Below are positions 18,054-27,768 of a DNA stretch of 53,930 nucleotides, piece by piece. How positions within the stretch are numbered: position 1 is the first letter of the stretch; each line of letters begins with the position of its first letter. The notes below the pieces were generated by a model. It did no database searches and was not told where the DNA came from. It worked only from the letters and a program-made list of their open reading frames with translations. The position numbers and the translations under genes are program-made. Location: positions 1 to 53,930 of the forward strand of contig DAHVQG010000016.1 of the NCBI GenBank assembly GCA_027317865.1, written 5' to 3'. The stretch comes from Bdellovibrionales bacterium. Lineage in GTDB: Bacteria > Bdellovibrionota > Bdellovibrionia > Bdellovibrionales > UBA1609.

Positions 18054-20810
18054 ATGAATAATCGATTTAGCTATGCGCAAGCGGCCAATCTCGAATTTTT
18101 AGAAAATCAATACCGCAGTTTTTTACAAAACCCGGATTCTGTTGATCCGTCGTTAAGAGATTTTTTTGCCGGTATCGAGTTTGCGCAAAAATTTAGCGGG
18201 GCTCCCGTTTTAAGCGCGCAGTCGTCCGGCCCATCTGATTTCTCTAAAAAGGAACTGAATGTCTACCACCTTATCACGATTTATCGGCAATACGGTCATC
18301 TTCTTGCGGATCTTGACCCGCTTAAACTACAAAAACACGACGTTTCGATTTTAGCGCTTGAAAATTTTGGGTTAAATGAGGCCGATTTAGATCAAGAGTT
18401 TCAAGTTGGCGAGCTGGTTAATTTAGGTAGGGCTACACTCCGCTCCATCATCGACTATCTGAAAAATATTTATTCGAGCACCCTGACGTGCGATGTGGCC
18501 GGTTGCGAACCCCCGGTTCAAGCCTGGTTTCAAGAACAATTCGAACGGGGCCACGCCCGGCTTGAATTCACGCCGGATGAAAAACGCGCGATTTTACACT
18601 CGCTCGTTCGTACCGAGGGACTCGAAAAATTTATTCATACCCGCTTTGTAGGAACAAAACGTTTTTCAATCGAAGGTTGCGACACTCTTATGCCGATGCT
18701 TGAAAACCTCGTCGTACGCGGGGCGCGCATGGGCATCGAAGAAATCGCGATCGGCATGGCTCATCGCGGTCGCGTGAACGTGCTCGCAAATTTCATGGGT
18801 AAAGCCATTGAACTTATATTTGCGGATTTTGACGGCCGGGTAATTGATAATTCCGGGTACAGCGGTGACGTCAAATATCACTTGGGTTATTCGTGCGTAA
18901 AAGATACGCCGAACGGACCTTGCCATGTGTCGTTGGCATTTAATCCGTCGCACCTCGAATTTGTCAACCCAGTCGCCACAGGGATGGCGCGCGCCAAGCA
19001 ACGCTATCGCAAAGATACCGTCGAGCGAAAAAAAGTGATGCCGGTTCTTATTCATGGTGACGCAGCCTTTGTCGGCCAAGGCATTGTTGCCGAAACTTTG
19101 CAACTTTCACAACTCGACGGGTACACGGTCGGCGGAACACTCCATATTATAACCAACAATCAAATCGGGTTTACAACTCTGCCATGCGACGACCGATCGA
19201 CGCGATACTCGGCTGATACAGCAAAATCCATCAAAGCTCCTACGATATTGGTGAACGCTGATGACGCAGAAGCCTCCGTGAGTGCACTCGATCTGGCGCT
19301 GCGCTTTCGCCAGCAATTCAGGCAAGACGTCGTTATCGATTTGGTGGGCTACCGCCGTTTCGGTCATAACGAAGGCGATGAACCGGCATTTACGCAGCCC
19401 GTGATGTACGAACACATCAAATCTCATCCAACAGTAAAATCGATTTACGCCGATCAATTGGCAAAAGAAAATGTGCAGCCGCTAGAGAAAACCGAGCAGG
19501 AGATGCACGAAAAAATCGACAACCTTCAAAAAATACTCGATGACACGCGAAAAAATCCGCCGGAATTTAAACCCCCAGTATTTGAAGGGCTCTGGAAGGG
19601 ATTTCGCCGCGGCCATCTCGAAGACTTCGATAAATCCGTGGATACGCGGTATTCAAAAAAAGATTTACTTAAGATTGGCGAGATTTTAACGTCACCGCCT
19701 AAAGATTTTCATCTTCATCCGAAAGTGCAAAAGCTGCTTGAAGCCCGCCGTCACATGCTCGACAACAACGCGCTTGACTGGGGGATGGCTGAACTATTGA
19801 CATACGGTTCGCTGAACCTCGAAGGCACATCGGTACGTCTTTCCGGCCAAGATTCAAAGCGCGGCACCTTTTCGCATCGCCATGCTGTTTACTTTGATAC
19901 CGAAACAAATGCCGAATTTTGCCCTCTCGCGCAGGTCAACCCTCCCGTCGAATTTTGCGTTTACAATTCGCCGTTATCCGAAGCTGCGGTGCTCGGATTT
20001 GAGTACGGCAACGCCATCGCCGACCCCACGTTTCTTACCATTTGGGAGGCGCAATTCGGTGATTTTGCCAATGGGGCTCAAGTTATCATCGATCAATTTT
20101 TATCAAGTGGTGAAGAAAAATGGGGCCGCATGGTGGGGCTGACCTTGTTTTTACCTCATGGCTACGAGGGCCAAGGCCCTGAGCATTCCAGCGCGCGGCT
20201 TGAGCGGTTTTTGCAGCTCTCAGCCGACGACAGTATGCAAGTGTGCAACCTCACGACGCCTGCCAACTTATTTCACGTGTTACGCCGTCAGATGAAACGC
20301 GATTTTCGTAAGCCGCTTATCATCATGACACCGAAGTCGCTATTGAGGCATCCAAAAGCCATTTCGACACTTGAAGATTTGGCCGACGGGTCGTTTCACG
20401 AAGTATACGCCGACCCGCTAGTTACGGATGTTAAAAATGTCGAAACGGCTATTTTTTGTAGCGGCAAATTGTACTACGAAATCGAAAAGGCTCGCGAAGC
20501 GAAATCGAATCCGCGAATTGCGGTTGTGCGGCTTGAACAGATTTGCCCCTTCCCGCGTGCACGTTTGGCACCGCATTTGAACGGTTATCCGAAACTAAAA
20601 AGAATTATCTGGGCACAAGAAGAGCCGCAGAATATGGGTGCTTACACATGGGTTTTACCCCGCCTGCGTAAGCTCGCGGATGATTTGGGCCTAAATAAAA
20701 TTGAGATTGAATATGTCGGCCGCGTTGAGCGTTCTAGCCCTGCGGCCGGCTCAGCCCGTGTGCATCAACGAGAACAAGAAGAAATCGTGCAAAAGTGTTT
20801 AACATTATAA
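18054..20810 (+). CDS. sucA: 2-oxoglutarate dehydrogenase E1
   Basis: GMAHRGR, GDVKYHLG, NPSHLE, HGDAA...NNQIGFTT, GHNEGDEP, WEAQFGDF, GPEHSSAR. Start placed at 18054. Confidence 0.97.
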   Translation: MNNRFSYAQAANLEFLENQYRSFLQNPDSVDPSLRDFFAGIEFAQKFSGAPVLSAQSSGPSDFSKKELNVYHLITIYRQYGHLLADLDPLKLQKHDVSILALENFGLNEADLDQEFQVGELVNLGRATLRSIIDYLKNIYSSTLTCDVAGCEPPVQAWFQEQFERGHARLEFTPDEKRAILHSLVRTEGLEKFIHTRFVGTKRFSIEGCDTLMPMLENLVVRGARMGIEEIAIGMAHRGRVNVLANFMGKAIELIFADFDGRVIDNSGYSGDVKYHLGYSCVKDTPNGPCHVSLAFNPSHLEFVNPVATGMARAKQRYRKDTVERKKVMPVLIHGDAAFVGQGIVAETLQLSQLDGYTVGGTLHIITNNQIGFTTLPCDDRSTRYSADTAKSIKAPTILVNADDAEASVSALDLALRFRQQFRQDVVIDLVGYRRFGHNEGDEPAFTQPVMYEHIKSHPTVKSIYADQLAKENVQPLEKTEQEMHEKIDNLQKILDDTRKNPPEFKPPVFEGLWKGFRRGHLEDFDKSVDTRYSKKDLLKIGEILTSPPKDFHLHPKVQKLLEARRHMLDNNALDWGMAELLTYGSLNLEGTSVRLSGQDSKRGTFSHRHAVYFDTETNAEFCPLAQVNPPVEFCVYNSPLSEAAVLGFEYGNAIADPTFLTIWEAQFGDFANGAQVIIDQFLSSGEEKWGRMVGLTLFLPHGYEGQGPEHSSARLERFLQLSADDSMQVCNLTTPANLFHVLRRQMKRDFRKPLIIMTPKSLLRHPKAISTLEDLADGSFHEVYADPLVTDVKNVETAIFCSGKLYYEIEKAREAKSNPRIAVVRLEQICPFPRARLAPHLNGYPKLKRIIWAQEEPQNMGAYTWVLPRLRKLADDLGLNKIEIEYVGRVERSSPAAGSARVHQREQEEIVQKCLTL

Positions 20811-20831
20811 ATTGCAGCAACTAGGAGTTAC

Positions 20832-22076
20832 ATGAAGACACAGATTAAAATTCCAGCTGTAGGTGAATCCATCAACGAAGCGACTATTTCGCAATGGATG
20901 AAAAAAAACGGCGAAAAGGTTAAACGCGATGACGTCCTATTAGTACTAGAAACGGATAAAGCTTCAGTTGAAGTTGTGGCCGAAAGCGATGGAGTGTTGT
21001 CCACTAAAGCCAAAGAAGGTGAAACCGTTGCAATCGGCGCTGTGGTCGGAGAAATTGATTCAGAAGCTCCAGCAAAAAGCGCACCGGCACCGGCGGCCAA
21101 GCCGAGCGCGCCGCCTCCACCAATTGCAAAACCGCCCGTAGCAAAGCCCGCGGCGCCGGTAGCCGAAGGACCTTCGCTACCAGCAGCTGCATTTACAAGT
21201 TCGGGCCCTGCCGTCCGTCGTATTGTTGATGAACAGCACCTCGACGTTTCGGGCGTAACGGGTACAGGCAAAGATGGCCGCCTCACCAAAGGTGATTTGT
21301 TAGGTTTAGCGCCAAAATCGATTCCACCACCGCCACCGATGCCCGCGACAAAACCTCAACAAGGAGCGGGTCTACAAAGCCGTGTCACTAGAGAGCCTAT
21401 GACCAAACTCCGCCAAACAATTGCAAAGCGCTTGGTCGAGGCTCAACACACAGCTGCGATTCTTACCACTTTTAATGAAATCGATATGTCTGCGGTAATG
21501 GCTGTTCGCGCAAAATACAAAGACAGATTTAAAGAGCGCTATGGCATAAGTCTCGGCTTTATGGGATTTTTTGTTAAAGCTTCGATTGAAGCTTTAAGGG
21601 CCTTCCCGCGCGTAAACGCCATGATTGATGGCAACGACGTTTTGTTCAATAACTTTTTTAATATTGGCATTGCCGTCGGTACTGAAAAAGGTCTTATCGT
21701 GCCGGTCGTACGCGATGCGGACCGCCTGTCTATCGCACAAATTGAACTTTCAATTAAACATTACGCAGAAAAAGCTCGCGCAGGTAAAATCGCTCTTGAA
21801 GATTTGGCCGACGGCACGTTTACCATCAGCAATGGTGGCGTTTACGGTTCGCTTCTTTCAACACCCATTTTAAATCCTCCGCAAAGCGCAATTTTGGGTT
21901 TACACAAAATCGAAGAGCGGCCCGTTGCCGTTCAAGGCAAGATCGAAATCCGGCCGATGATGTACGTTGCGCTTTCATACGACCATCGCATTATTGATGG
22001 TGCCGAAAGCGTAAGCTTCTTGGTTAAAGTTAAAGAAGGCATCGAAGATCCAGCTCGTCTTTTGATTGAGGTATAG
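20832..22076 (+). CDS. sucB: Dihydrolipoamide succinyltransferase E2
   Basis: Lipoyl ETDKA, GTGKDGR binding domain, Pro-rich linkers, DHRIIDG. Confidence 0.97.
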   Translation: MKTQIKIPAVGESINEATISQWMKKNGEKVKRDDVLLVLETDKASVEVVAESDGVLSTKAKEGETVAIGAVVGEIDSEAPAKSAPAPAAKPSAPPPPIAKPPVAKPAAPVAEGPSLPAAAFTSSGPAVRRIVDEQHLDVSGVTGTGKDGRLTKGDLLGLAPKSIPPPPPMPATKPQQGAGLQSRVTREPMTKLRQTIAKRLVEAQHTAAILTTFNEIDMSAVMAVRAKYKDRFKERYGISLGFMGFFVKASIEALRAFPRVNAMIDGNDVLFNNFFNIGIAVGTEKGLIVPVVRDADRLSIAQIELSIKHYAEKARAGKIALEDLADGTFTISNGGVYGSLLSTPILNPPQSAILGLHKIEERPVAVQGKIEIRPMMYVALSYDHRIIDGAESVSFLVKVKEGIEDPARLLIEV

Positions 22077-22080
22077 CGCC

Positions 22081-23505
22081 ATGGCTGAAACATATGATTT
22101 AGTCGTGATTGGTTCGGGTCCCGGCGGCTATGTGGGCGCCATTCGCGCCGCTCAGTTGGGGCTCAAAACTGCCGTTGTTGAGAAAGATCCGACATTTGGC
22201 GGAACGTGCCTCAATGTGGGTTGTATTCCGTCAAAAGCCCTGCTCGACTCGAGCGAACACTATTCGGTGGCCCGACACGAACTTGCAGCCCATGGTGTGA
22301 TCGCAAAAGGCGTCGACCTCGACCTCGCAACCATGCTCAACCGTAAAGACAAAGTCGTTCTCGATAACACAAACGGAATTAGTTTTCTTTTTAAAAAAAA
22401 TAAAATTACCCCTTTTCGCGGAAAGGGCCGTCTGCGATCGCCGACAGAAATAGAAATAACGGCTCCTGATGGCGGGCAAGACGTTATCAAAACGCGAAAT
22501 GTGATGCTCGCCACCGGCAGTGTCGCCAACGAGTTGCCGTTTATGCGTTTTGACGGCCGCACGATAATTTCTTCAACGGAAGCGCTCACGCTTTCAACGG
22601 TGCCGCGAAAAATGGTTGTGGTTGGCGCAGGAGCAATCGGGCTTGAACTCGGCTCGGTTTGGATGCGCCTCGGCGCTGACGTCACTGTGATTGAATATGG
22701 TAACAAAATAGCCGGTGTGATGGATGCGGGTCTTTCAGATCGCCTCTTTCGAATTCTGCAAAAACAAGGGATGAAATTTATTTTGGGCGCTAAAACGACG
22801 GGCGCTGAAATTAAAAAATCCGTCGCTGTTGTACAATTTGAAACGTTGAAAGACGGCGCAAAAAATTCCATAGAGGCCGACGTGGTGCTCGTCGCCGTTG
22901 GGCGAAAACCCTACTCAGACGGCCTTGGCCTCGAACAACTTGGAATTGTTAAAGACGCGCGCGGGGTTGTGCAGGTCAATGACCATTATCAGGTACGGAC
23001 GACTTCGAATTCGGTTCTCCCGAATGTTTTTGCGATCGGCGATTTGATTCCCGGCCCCATGCTTGCTCACAAAGCTGAAGAAGAAGGTGTCGCCGCCGCC
23101 GAAATTATGGCCGGTCACGCCGGGCACGTGAACTATGAGACGGTGCCGAGTGTGATTTACACGTGGCCCGAATTCGCTGCCGTTGGCGCCACCGAAGAAC
23201 AACTGAAACAAAATAATATTAAGTATAAATCCGGCACGTTCCCTTTTTCGGCGAATGGGCGCGCGCGAGCGGCCGCTCAAACCGATGGGATGGTCAAAGT
23301 ACTTGCGGACGCCACAACCGACCGATTGCTAGGAGTACACATTGTCGGCCCGCGAGCTTCTGATCTTATCCATGAAGCGGTTGCCATTATGGAGTTTCGT
23401 GGGTCGGCCGAAGATATGGCCCGTTCATTTCACGCCCACCCGACGTTCAGTGAAGCTTTGCGTGAGGCCGCACTCGGTGTTGATGGCCGCACACGACAAA
23501 TGTAA
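22081..23505 (+). CDS. lpdA: Dihydrolipoamide dehydrogenase E3
   Basis: GSGPGG, GGTCLNVGCIPSK, GAGAIG, HAHPTFSE. Confidence 0.97.
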   Translation: MAETYDLVVIGSGPGGYVGAIRAAQLGLKTAVVEKDPTFGGTCLNVGCIPSKALLDSSEHYSVARHELAAHGVIAKGVDLDLATMLNRKDKVVLDNTNGISFLFKKNKITPFRGKGRLRSPTEIEITAPDGGQDVIKTRNVMLATGSVANELPFMRFDGRTIISSTEALTLSTVPRKMVVVGAGAIGLELGSVWMRLGADVTVIEYGNKIAGVMDAGLSDRLFRILQKQGMKFILGAKTTGAEIKKSVAVVQFETLKDGAKNSIEADVVLVAVGRKPYSDGLGLEQLGIVKDARGVVQVNDHYQVRTTSNSVLPNVFAIGDLIPGPMLAHKAEEEGVAAAEIMAGHAGHVNYETVPSVIYTWPEFAAVGATEEQLKQNNIKYKSGTFPFSANGRARAAAQTDGMVKVLADATTDRLLGVHIVGPRASDLIHEAVAIMEFRGSAEDMARSFHAHPTFSEALREAALGVDGRTRQM

Positions 23506-23520
23506 CGCCGAAACTAAAGG

Positions 23521-24531
23521 CTATCCCCGAACCGCTTTGCGAATTTTATTCATCAGCGGCAAAGCGAGTTCGCGCGCGCGCGCGGCGCCTTCAGATAAAA
23601 TACGATCAAGTTCGGCAGGTTTGGCCATCAGCTCACGGTAGTGCGCAGTTGCTTCAGAAAAATGTTTTTCGACCGCTTGAAACAAGAGCTCTTTTACTTC
23701 GCCCCAGCCGATACCTGCGGCATATCGAGCCGCAAGCGCTTCGGTATCAGCGGCGGAGGCAAACTCTTTGTATAAATCAAACAATAGCGAATCTTTCGGG
23801 TTTTTTGGTGCCTCAGGCGGCGTGGAGTCGGTTTTAATTTTCATAACGAGTTTACGTAATGCTTTTGATTCCATAAATAGCGGAATTTGATTGCCGTAAC
23901 TTTTACTCATCTTGCGGCCGTCAAGGCCCGGAATAACTTTTTCGGTTTTTACGAGTGCGCGGGGCAAACGTAAAATTTCACCGCCAAACGCGCGATTGAA
24001 TTTTTGCGCGATATCGCGCGCGATCTCGACATGCTGAACTTGGTCTTCGCCAACGGGAACGACGTCCGTGTTGAACAACAAAATATCGGCGGCCATCAAA
24101 ACGGGATAATTATAAAGTCCCATCGAAACGCCGTCGTCTATATCTTCGCGTCCTTCCGATTGATTCTCTTGCACTTTGGCCTTGTACGCATGCGCCCGAT
24201 TCATAAAACCTTTGGGAGTCACACACGAAAGAATCCATGCGAGCTCAAAAATTTCAGGCACATCGCTTTGACGGTAAATAATCGTACGAGCCGGATCGAG
24301 CCCGCAAGCCAACCAAGTTGCGGCAATTTGCAACGTATATTCGCGAAGCTGAGCCGCATTTTGCACCGTCGTCAACGCATGAAAATCAGCAATAAACAAA
24401 AGAGAGTGGCGAAATTGCGCGACCAAATCTAGCCCTGGGCGAATTGCTCCCAGATAATTACCGAGGTGTTGATCGCCGGTCGGCTTAATGCCGGTTAATA
24501 CAGTTTCGTTTTGCTGCTTTTCAGTCTGCAT
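23521..24531 (-). CDS. trpS: Tryptophan--tRNA ligase
   Basis: TGIKPTG, HLGN, YPVLMAADIL, GEDQ, KMSKS. Confidence 0.97.
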   Translation of the reverse strand: MQTEKQQNETVLTGIKPTGDQHLGNYLGAIRPGLDLVAQFRHSLLFIADFHALTTVQNAAQLREYTLQIAATWLACGLDPARTIIYRQSDVPEIFELAWILSCVTPKGFMNRAHAYKAKVQENQSEGREDIDDGVSMGLYNYPVLMAADILLFNTDVVPVGEDQVQHVEIARDIAQKFNRAFGGEILRLPRALVKTEKVIPGLDGRKMSKSYGNQIPLFMESKALRKLVMKIKTDSTPPEAPKNPKDSLLFDLYKEFASAADTEALAARYAAGIGWGEVKELLFQAVEKHFSEATAHYRELMAKPAELDRILSEGAARARELALPLMNKIRKAVRG

Positions 24532-24571
24532 GGATGGTTTTTCTATTTTTCAGGTTGCCGTTAAGGTCAGG

Positions 24572-25207
24572 TTATTTTTTTTGTGCCTTTTTTTCAAGCC
24601 ATTGTGGTAATGAGCCCGCCGCGCCAATTACTCCGCACGCCACACGCGAGCCAGAATTGCCTGAAGGTTGCGTGACATAGTTATCGGCGCGTTCGTGAAC
24701 GATCAAACTGCGGCCAATAATCGGGTTCAGTGGCCCGTTCAAACTAATACCCGGTATAACCATATCGATATGTGCAACACCATAGCGGTCCGCGACAATA
24801 TTTAATAGATCACCCGCTTCGTGCGGACCATTTAAACTCCCGTGAGGTTCATGCCCGGGGTTAAAGTGACCGCCAGCGCTACTCGCGTCGGGCGCTAAAC
24901 AATTGCCGTATTCATGAATATGAAACCCATGCGTGGTATTCGGCTGAAATCCGTATAAGGTACCTTGAATCTTCACCTTGCCGAATTCTTCGGTAAACCA
25001 AACTTGTCCATGAACGCGATTACCCCGCGTGGGCCGTAAGAGAGCCACTGCATAAATGACGCCGTTATTGCTCACGACAGAAACAGGTTTTATATCGCGT
25101 GATCGCTCTTTGTGACATAAACCATGCGCACAACCACTCAGCGATGCCATTAAAGCTGCCATGCCCGCTACGAGACTCATAACCATTAACATTTTTTTCA
25201 TACTCAT
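24572..25207 (-). CDS. sodC: Cu/Zn superoxide dismutase, lipoprotein
   Basis: Lipobox LSGC, HGFHIHE, GGHFNP, GRSLIVH, GSRVACGVI. Start placed at ATG 25207 after SD AGGAG. Confidence 0.9.
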   Translation of the reverse strand: MSMKKMLMVMSLVAGMAALMASLSGCAHGLCHKERSRDIKPVSVVSNNGVIYAVALLRPTRGNRVHGQVWFTEEFGKVKIQGTLYGFQPNTTHGFHIHEYGNCLAPDASSAGGHFNPGHEPHGSLNGPHEAGDLLNIVADRYGVAHIDMVIPGISLNGPLNPIIGRSLIVHERADNYVTQPSGNSGSRVACGVIGAAGSLPQWLEKKAQKK

Positions 25208-25230
25208 TTCAGTTCTCCTTCGATCTTGGT

Positions 25231-26505
25231 TCATTCACCTTTCGGAACCAAGTAATACAGCCGGCCATATCCTTGCATTCGGCTACTTTCATAATCGGCA
25301 TTCGGGCCGCTCCCAAAAAACAGATCGACACGTCCTGGCCCGCGAATAGCTCCGCCGGTGTCTTGATCCAACACGAATCGGTGCGCCAATTTAAATTGAT
25401 CTGTCAACTGACCAGCCACCGGCTTTTCAAATTCTAAATATCCCAATGCCCCTTTTGCGAAATATCTTGAATCCGTCGCAATGGTTCGATTCCCGGTGGC
25501 CGTAACACCAAGTTCAGTGCGTGCGTCTGATTTTGACCGTTCAAAAAAAACATAACTTGGATTTTTATCCATTAAAGTTTGCGCTTGAGCGGGTGAAAGC
25601 GACCGTAAATAATCAACGAGGCGGTCTTTCGTAATTTGACCTTTTGGAATTTTACCGATTACGAATCGGCCAATCGGAACATATGGGTAACCGTTTTGCC
25701 CCGCATAAGTCACAAAAAGTTTATCCGGAGATGCCTTTGGATGATTTAAATTGCGTAAATCGACTTCACCCGAACCTTGAATTTCCAAAAAAAACTCATC
25801 AATCGGATCCACCCACGCAATGACATGAGTTTGGCTACGAATGAGCGGTGATGTCACTAGGCTCTCGCGCGGTTCAAACGGTTCAACAACTCTACGACCA
25901 CTGTCAGACACCACGAGCCGGCCACGCAATACTTCGTTGATGACACACGGGCCCGATTTTGCCCCTTTGCAATCTCCGAATACCCCGTCACGCGCAAAAT
26001 CCGGAAGATCAACCGTTACCGAGTTCTTCGGCAATGTTAAAATCGGGGCTGAATATTTTGCAGTTTTCTTTCTGCTTCCATTGAGAATCGGCTCGTAGTA
26101 ACCGGTGACAAAAACTTCGCCCCACTTTCTGTCACCATAAACTTCGTAAAAAGCAAAATTTTTCTTAATAAATGCGAAAACTTGATCGTCGCTACTTTGC
26201 GAATGTTGTTCCCGCACCGACTTTAACAGCGTCAACAGTTCTTGCAATTTTTCAGCGTAACGAAACGTGCTCACAACTTTCGGGCCAAATCGCATCGTCA
26301 ACTGCCCGGATACATATTTGCTCTTTAAGCCCTGGAGATCGCGCCTAATTGCTTTCGATAAATTTTGCAGATTCAAATCATCGGTCAACGCGGGCACGGG
26401 CACAGGCCGCATCGCTTGATCACGATTTCGAATTGGAGCACGAGCACACCCCCCCAACCCGATTAGCCCGCAGTACAACAGTATGTTTAGACAATTTGAC
26501 TTCAT
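25231..26505 (-). CDS. mltA: MltA-family membrane-bound lytic transglycosylase
   Basis: Lipobox LGGC, TGYYEP, IQGSG, NPSYVFF, DTGGAIRGPGRVDLFFG (3D domain). Confidence 0.93.
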   Translation of the reverse strand: MKSNCLNILLYCGLIGLGGCARAPIRNRDQAMRPVPVPALTDDLNLQNLSKAIRRDLQGLKSKYVSGQLTMRFGPKVVSTFRYAEKLQELLTLLKSVREQHSQSSDDQVFAFIKKNFAFYEVYGDRKWGEVFVTGYYEPILNGSRKKTAKYSAPILTLPKNSVTVDLPDFARDGVFGDCKGAKSGPCVINEVLRGRLVVSDSGRRVVEPFEPRESLVTSPLIRSQTHVIAWVDPIDEFFLEIQGSGEVDLRNLNHPKASPDKLFVTYAGQNGYPYVPIGRFVIGKIPKGQITKDRLVDYLRSLSPAQAQTLMDKNPSYVFFERSKSDARTELGVTATGNRTIATDSRYFAKGALGYLEFEKPVAGQLTDQFKLAHRFVLDQDTGGAIRGPGRVDLFFGSGPNADYESSRMQGYGRLYYLVPKGE

Positions 26506-26570
26506 TCTTACGAATTATGCTCCTATGAAACCTGTTTGCAACATCCAGCTGTTGAACAGCGAGGAGTTAT

Positions 26571-27566
26571 ATGCGCCTTTCGCGCGTTCTAATTAATGTG
26601 CTATCTTTTTCGATTCTTGTTCACACCGCTACCGCCTTGGCCGCTAAAAGCGGAACACCTCAAGACCCGTTTATGTCTGTTGCCTCGCAAATGCGAGTGG
26701 AACTCGATCAAAGGCCCTTAGAAAATACGAACGCCATGCTACAGGAGGGGTTTAAAAAACTCGAAGCTCGAATTACACCCGACTCGCAGACCAAAGAGAT
26801 GGTCGCACTCAATTTAATCTCGCTGATGAAACTTTATCAAACTCTCGATACAAAATATCAGAAATATTATTACGGTGCCCCGCTTTCAAAACGTTCGCAG
26901 CCTCAATTTCGAACCCAACTCACTGTTTTAAAACGTGCAAAAAGGCGGGTCTTTCAACTCGTCAAACGCAGCATAACCATATTCGCAGAAAATCAGGAAG
27001 GCAGCTATACTCAAGATCAAGACCGTGTTCTAAACGAGCGCCTCAAACAATTCAGCGAGATATTTGCCGCGTGCGCCGAGACTGTTTTACGGGACGTATC
27101 AATACGAATAAAACGCGAGCAGCAATCGGGCCAAGCGCAAAATATTTCGAGTTTTTCAAGCCGCGTGCGTCGTTATTATGAAAGTTCACTAGGTCAGTCA
27201 CCGCGTCATCGGCAACTTTTCGATCAATTTGGATTTCGACCAGAAAAAAAATTTCTCGATCGCCTCGCCGTGTATTTGGCCAAGCTTCTCAGTTTGCGGC
27301 GAGGTAACCCGTCGCTATTTAACAAGCAAGTGTCCCTTACCGCGACCGTCGTGGGAGCATTTGGCTATTCAACTATTATGTTACCCACGCCCACAAAAAC
27401 GGCACTGTTTTTGGGACTTGTTTCAGCGACAACCGCCTATTTTCATAATCAAATCCGTTTTGCGCCCGCCCGGCGTTTTGCGCTCAAAATTAAGCCGTTT
27501 CAAAGCGGAGATGCGCTCGACCGCACCGCTCGTTCGTGCAGCAACATTTTAAAGACGCGATCGTAA
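26571..27566 (+). CDS. Exported helical hypothetical protein
   Basis: SD GAGGAG, signal peptide ending ALA-A, two hydrophobic stretches near the C-terminus; no family motif recognised. Confidence 0.75.
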   Translation: MRLSRVLINVLSFSILVHTATALAAKSGTPQDPFMSVASQMRVELDQRPLENTNAMLQEGFKKLEARITPDSQTKEMVALNLISLMKLYQTLDTKYQKYYYGAPLSKRSQPQFRTQLTVLKRAKRRVFQLVKRSITIFAENQEGSYTQDQDRVLNERLKQFSEIFAACAETVLRDVSIRIKREQQSGQAQNISSFSSRVRRYYESSLGQSPRHRQLFDQFGFRPEKKFLDRLAVYLAKLLSLRRGNPSLFNKQVSLTATVVGAFGYSTIMLPTPTKTALFLGLVSATTAYFHNQIRFAPARRFALKIKPFQSGDALDRTARSCSNILKTRS

Positions 27567-27589
27567 TAAAAATCGTAGCTCCAATTTTT

Positions 27590-27630
27590 AAATGACAAGA
27601 GTTTGAAATGACAAAAATCAGAACAGTCAT
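27590..27630. promoter_or_regulatory. Repeated AAATGACAA boxes, candidate enhancer-binding-protein sites
   Basis: AAATGACAA twice (about 27590 and 27606) plus an inverted GTCAT (about 27626), 60-100 bp upstream of a sigma54 motif. Confidence 0.4.
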
Positions 27631-27683
27631 GTCGTTTTTTCATATTGCTTCTCCACGAGTGGGGTCGAAACGCAACCGTAGAG

Positions 27684-27700
27684 TTGGCGCCAAGATTGCT
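27684..27700 (+). promoter_or_regulatory. Sigma54 (RpoN) -24/-12 promoter
   Basis: TTGGCGC-CAAGA-TTGCT, exact GG-N10-GC spacing, 68 nt upstream of ATG 27769. Confidence 0.65.
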
Positions 27701-27768
27701 ACATGATCACCAATAGTGGAGAAATGCCGTCGGCTATCCCGCTAGCTGCAAAGATAAAGGAGTCCGTC

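Noticed and set aside
21060..21370. Pro/Ala-rich repeats in sucB
   Set aside because: Normal flexible linkers of E2 subunits.
27649..27723. Stem-loop (TTCTCCAC/GTGGAGAA) as a riboswitch
   Set aside because: It matches no riboswitch I recognise, and the sigma54 motif inside it predicts a TSS near 27711, so the 5' arm would not be transcribed.
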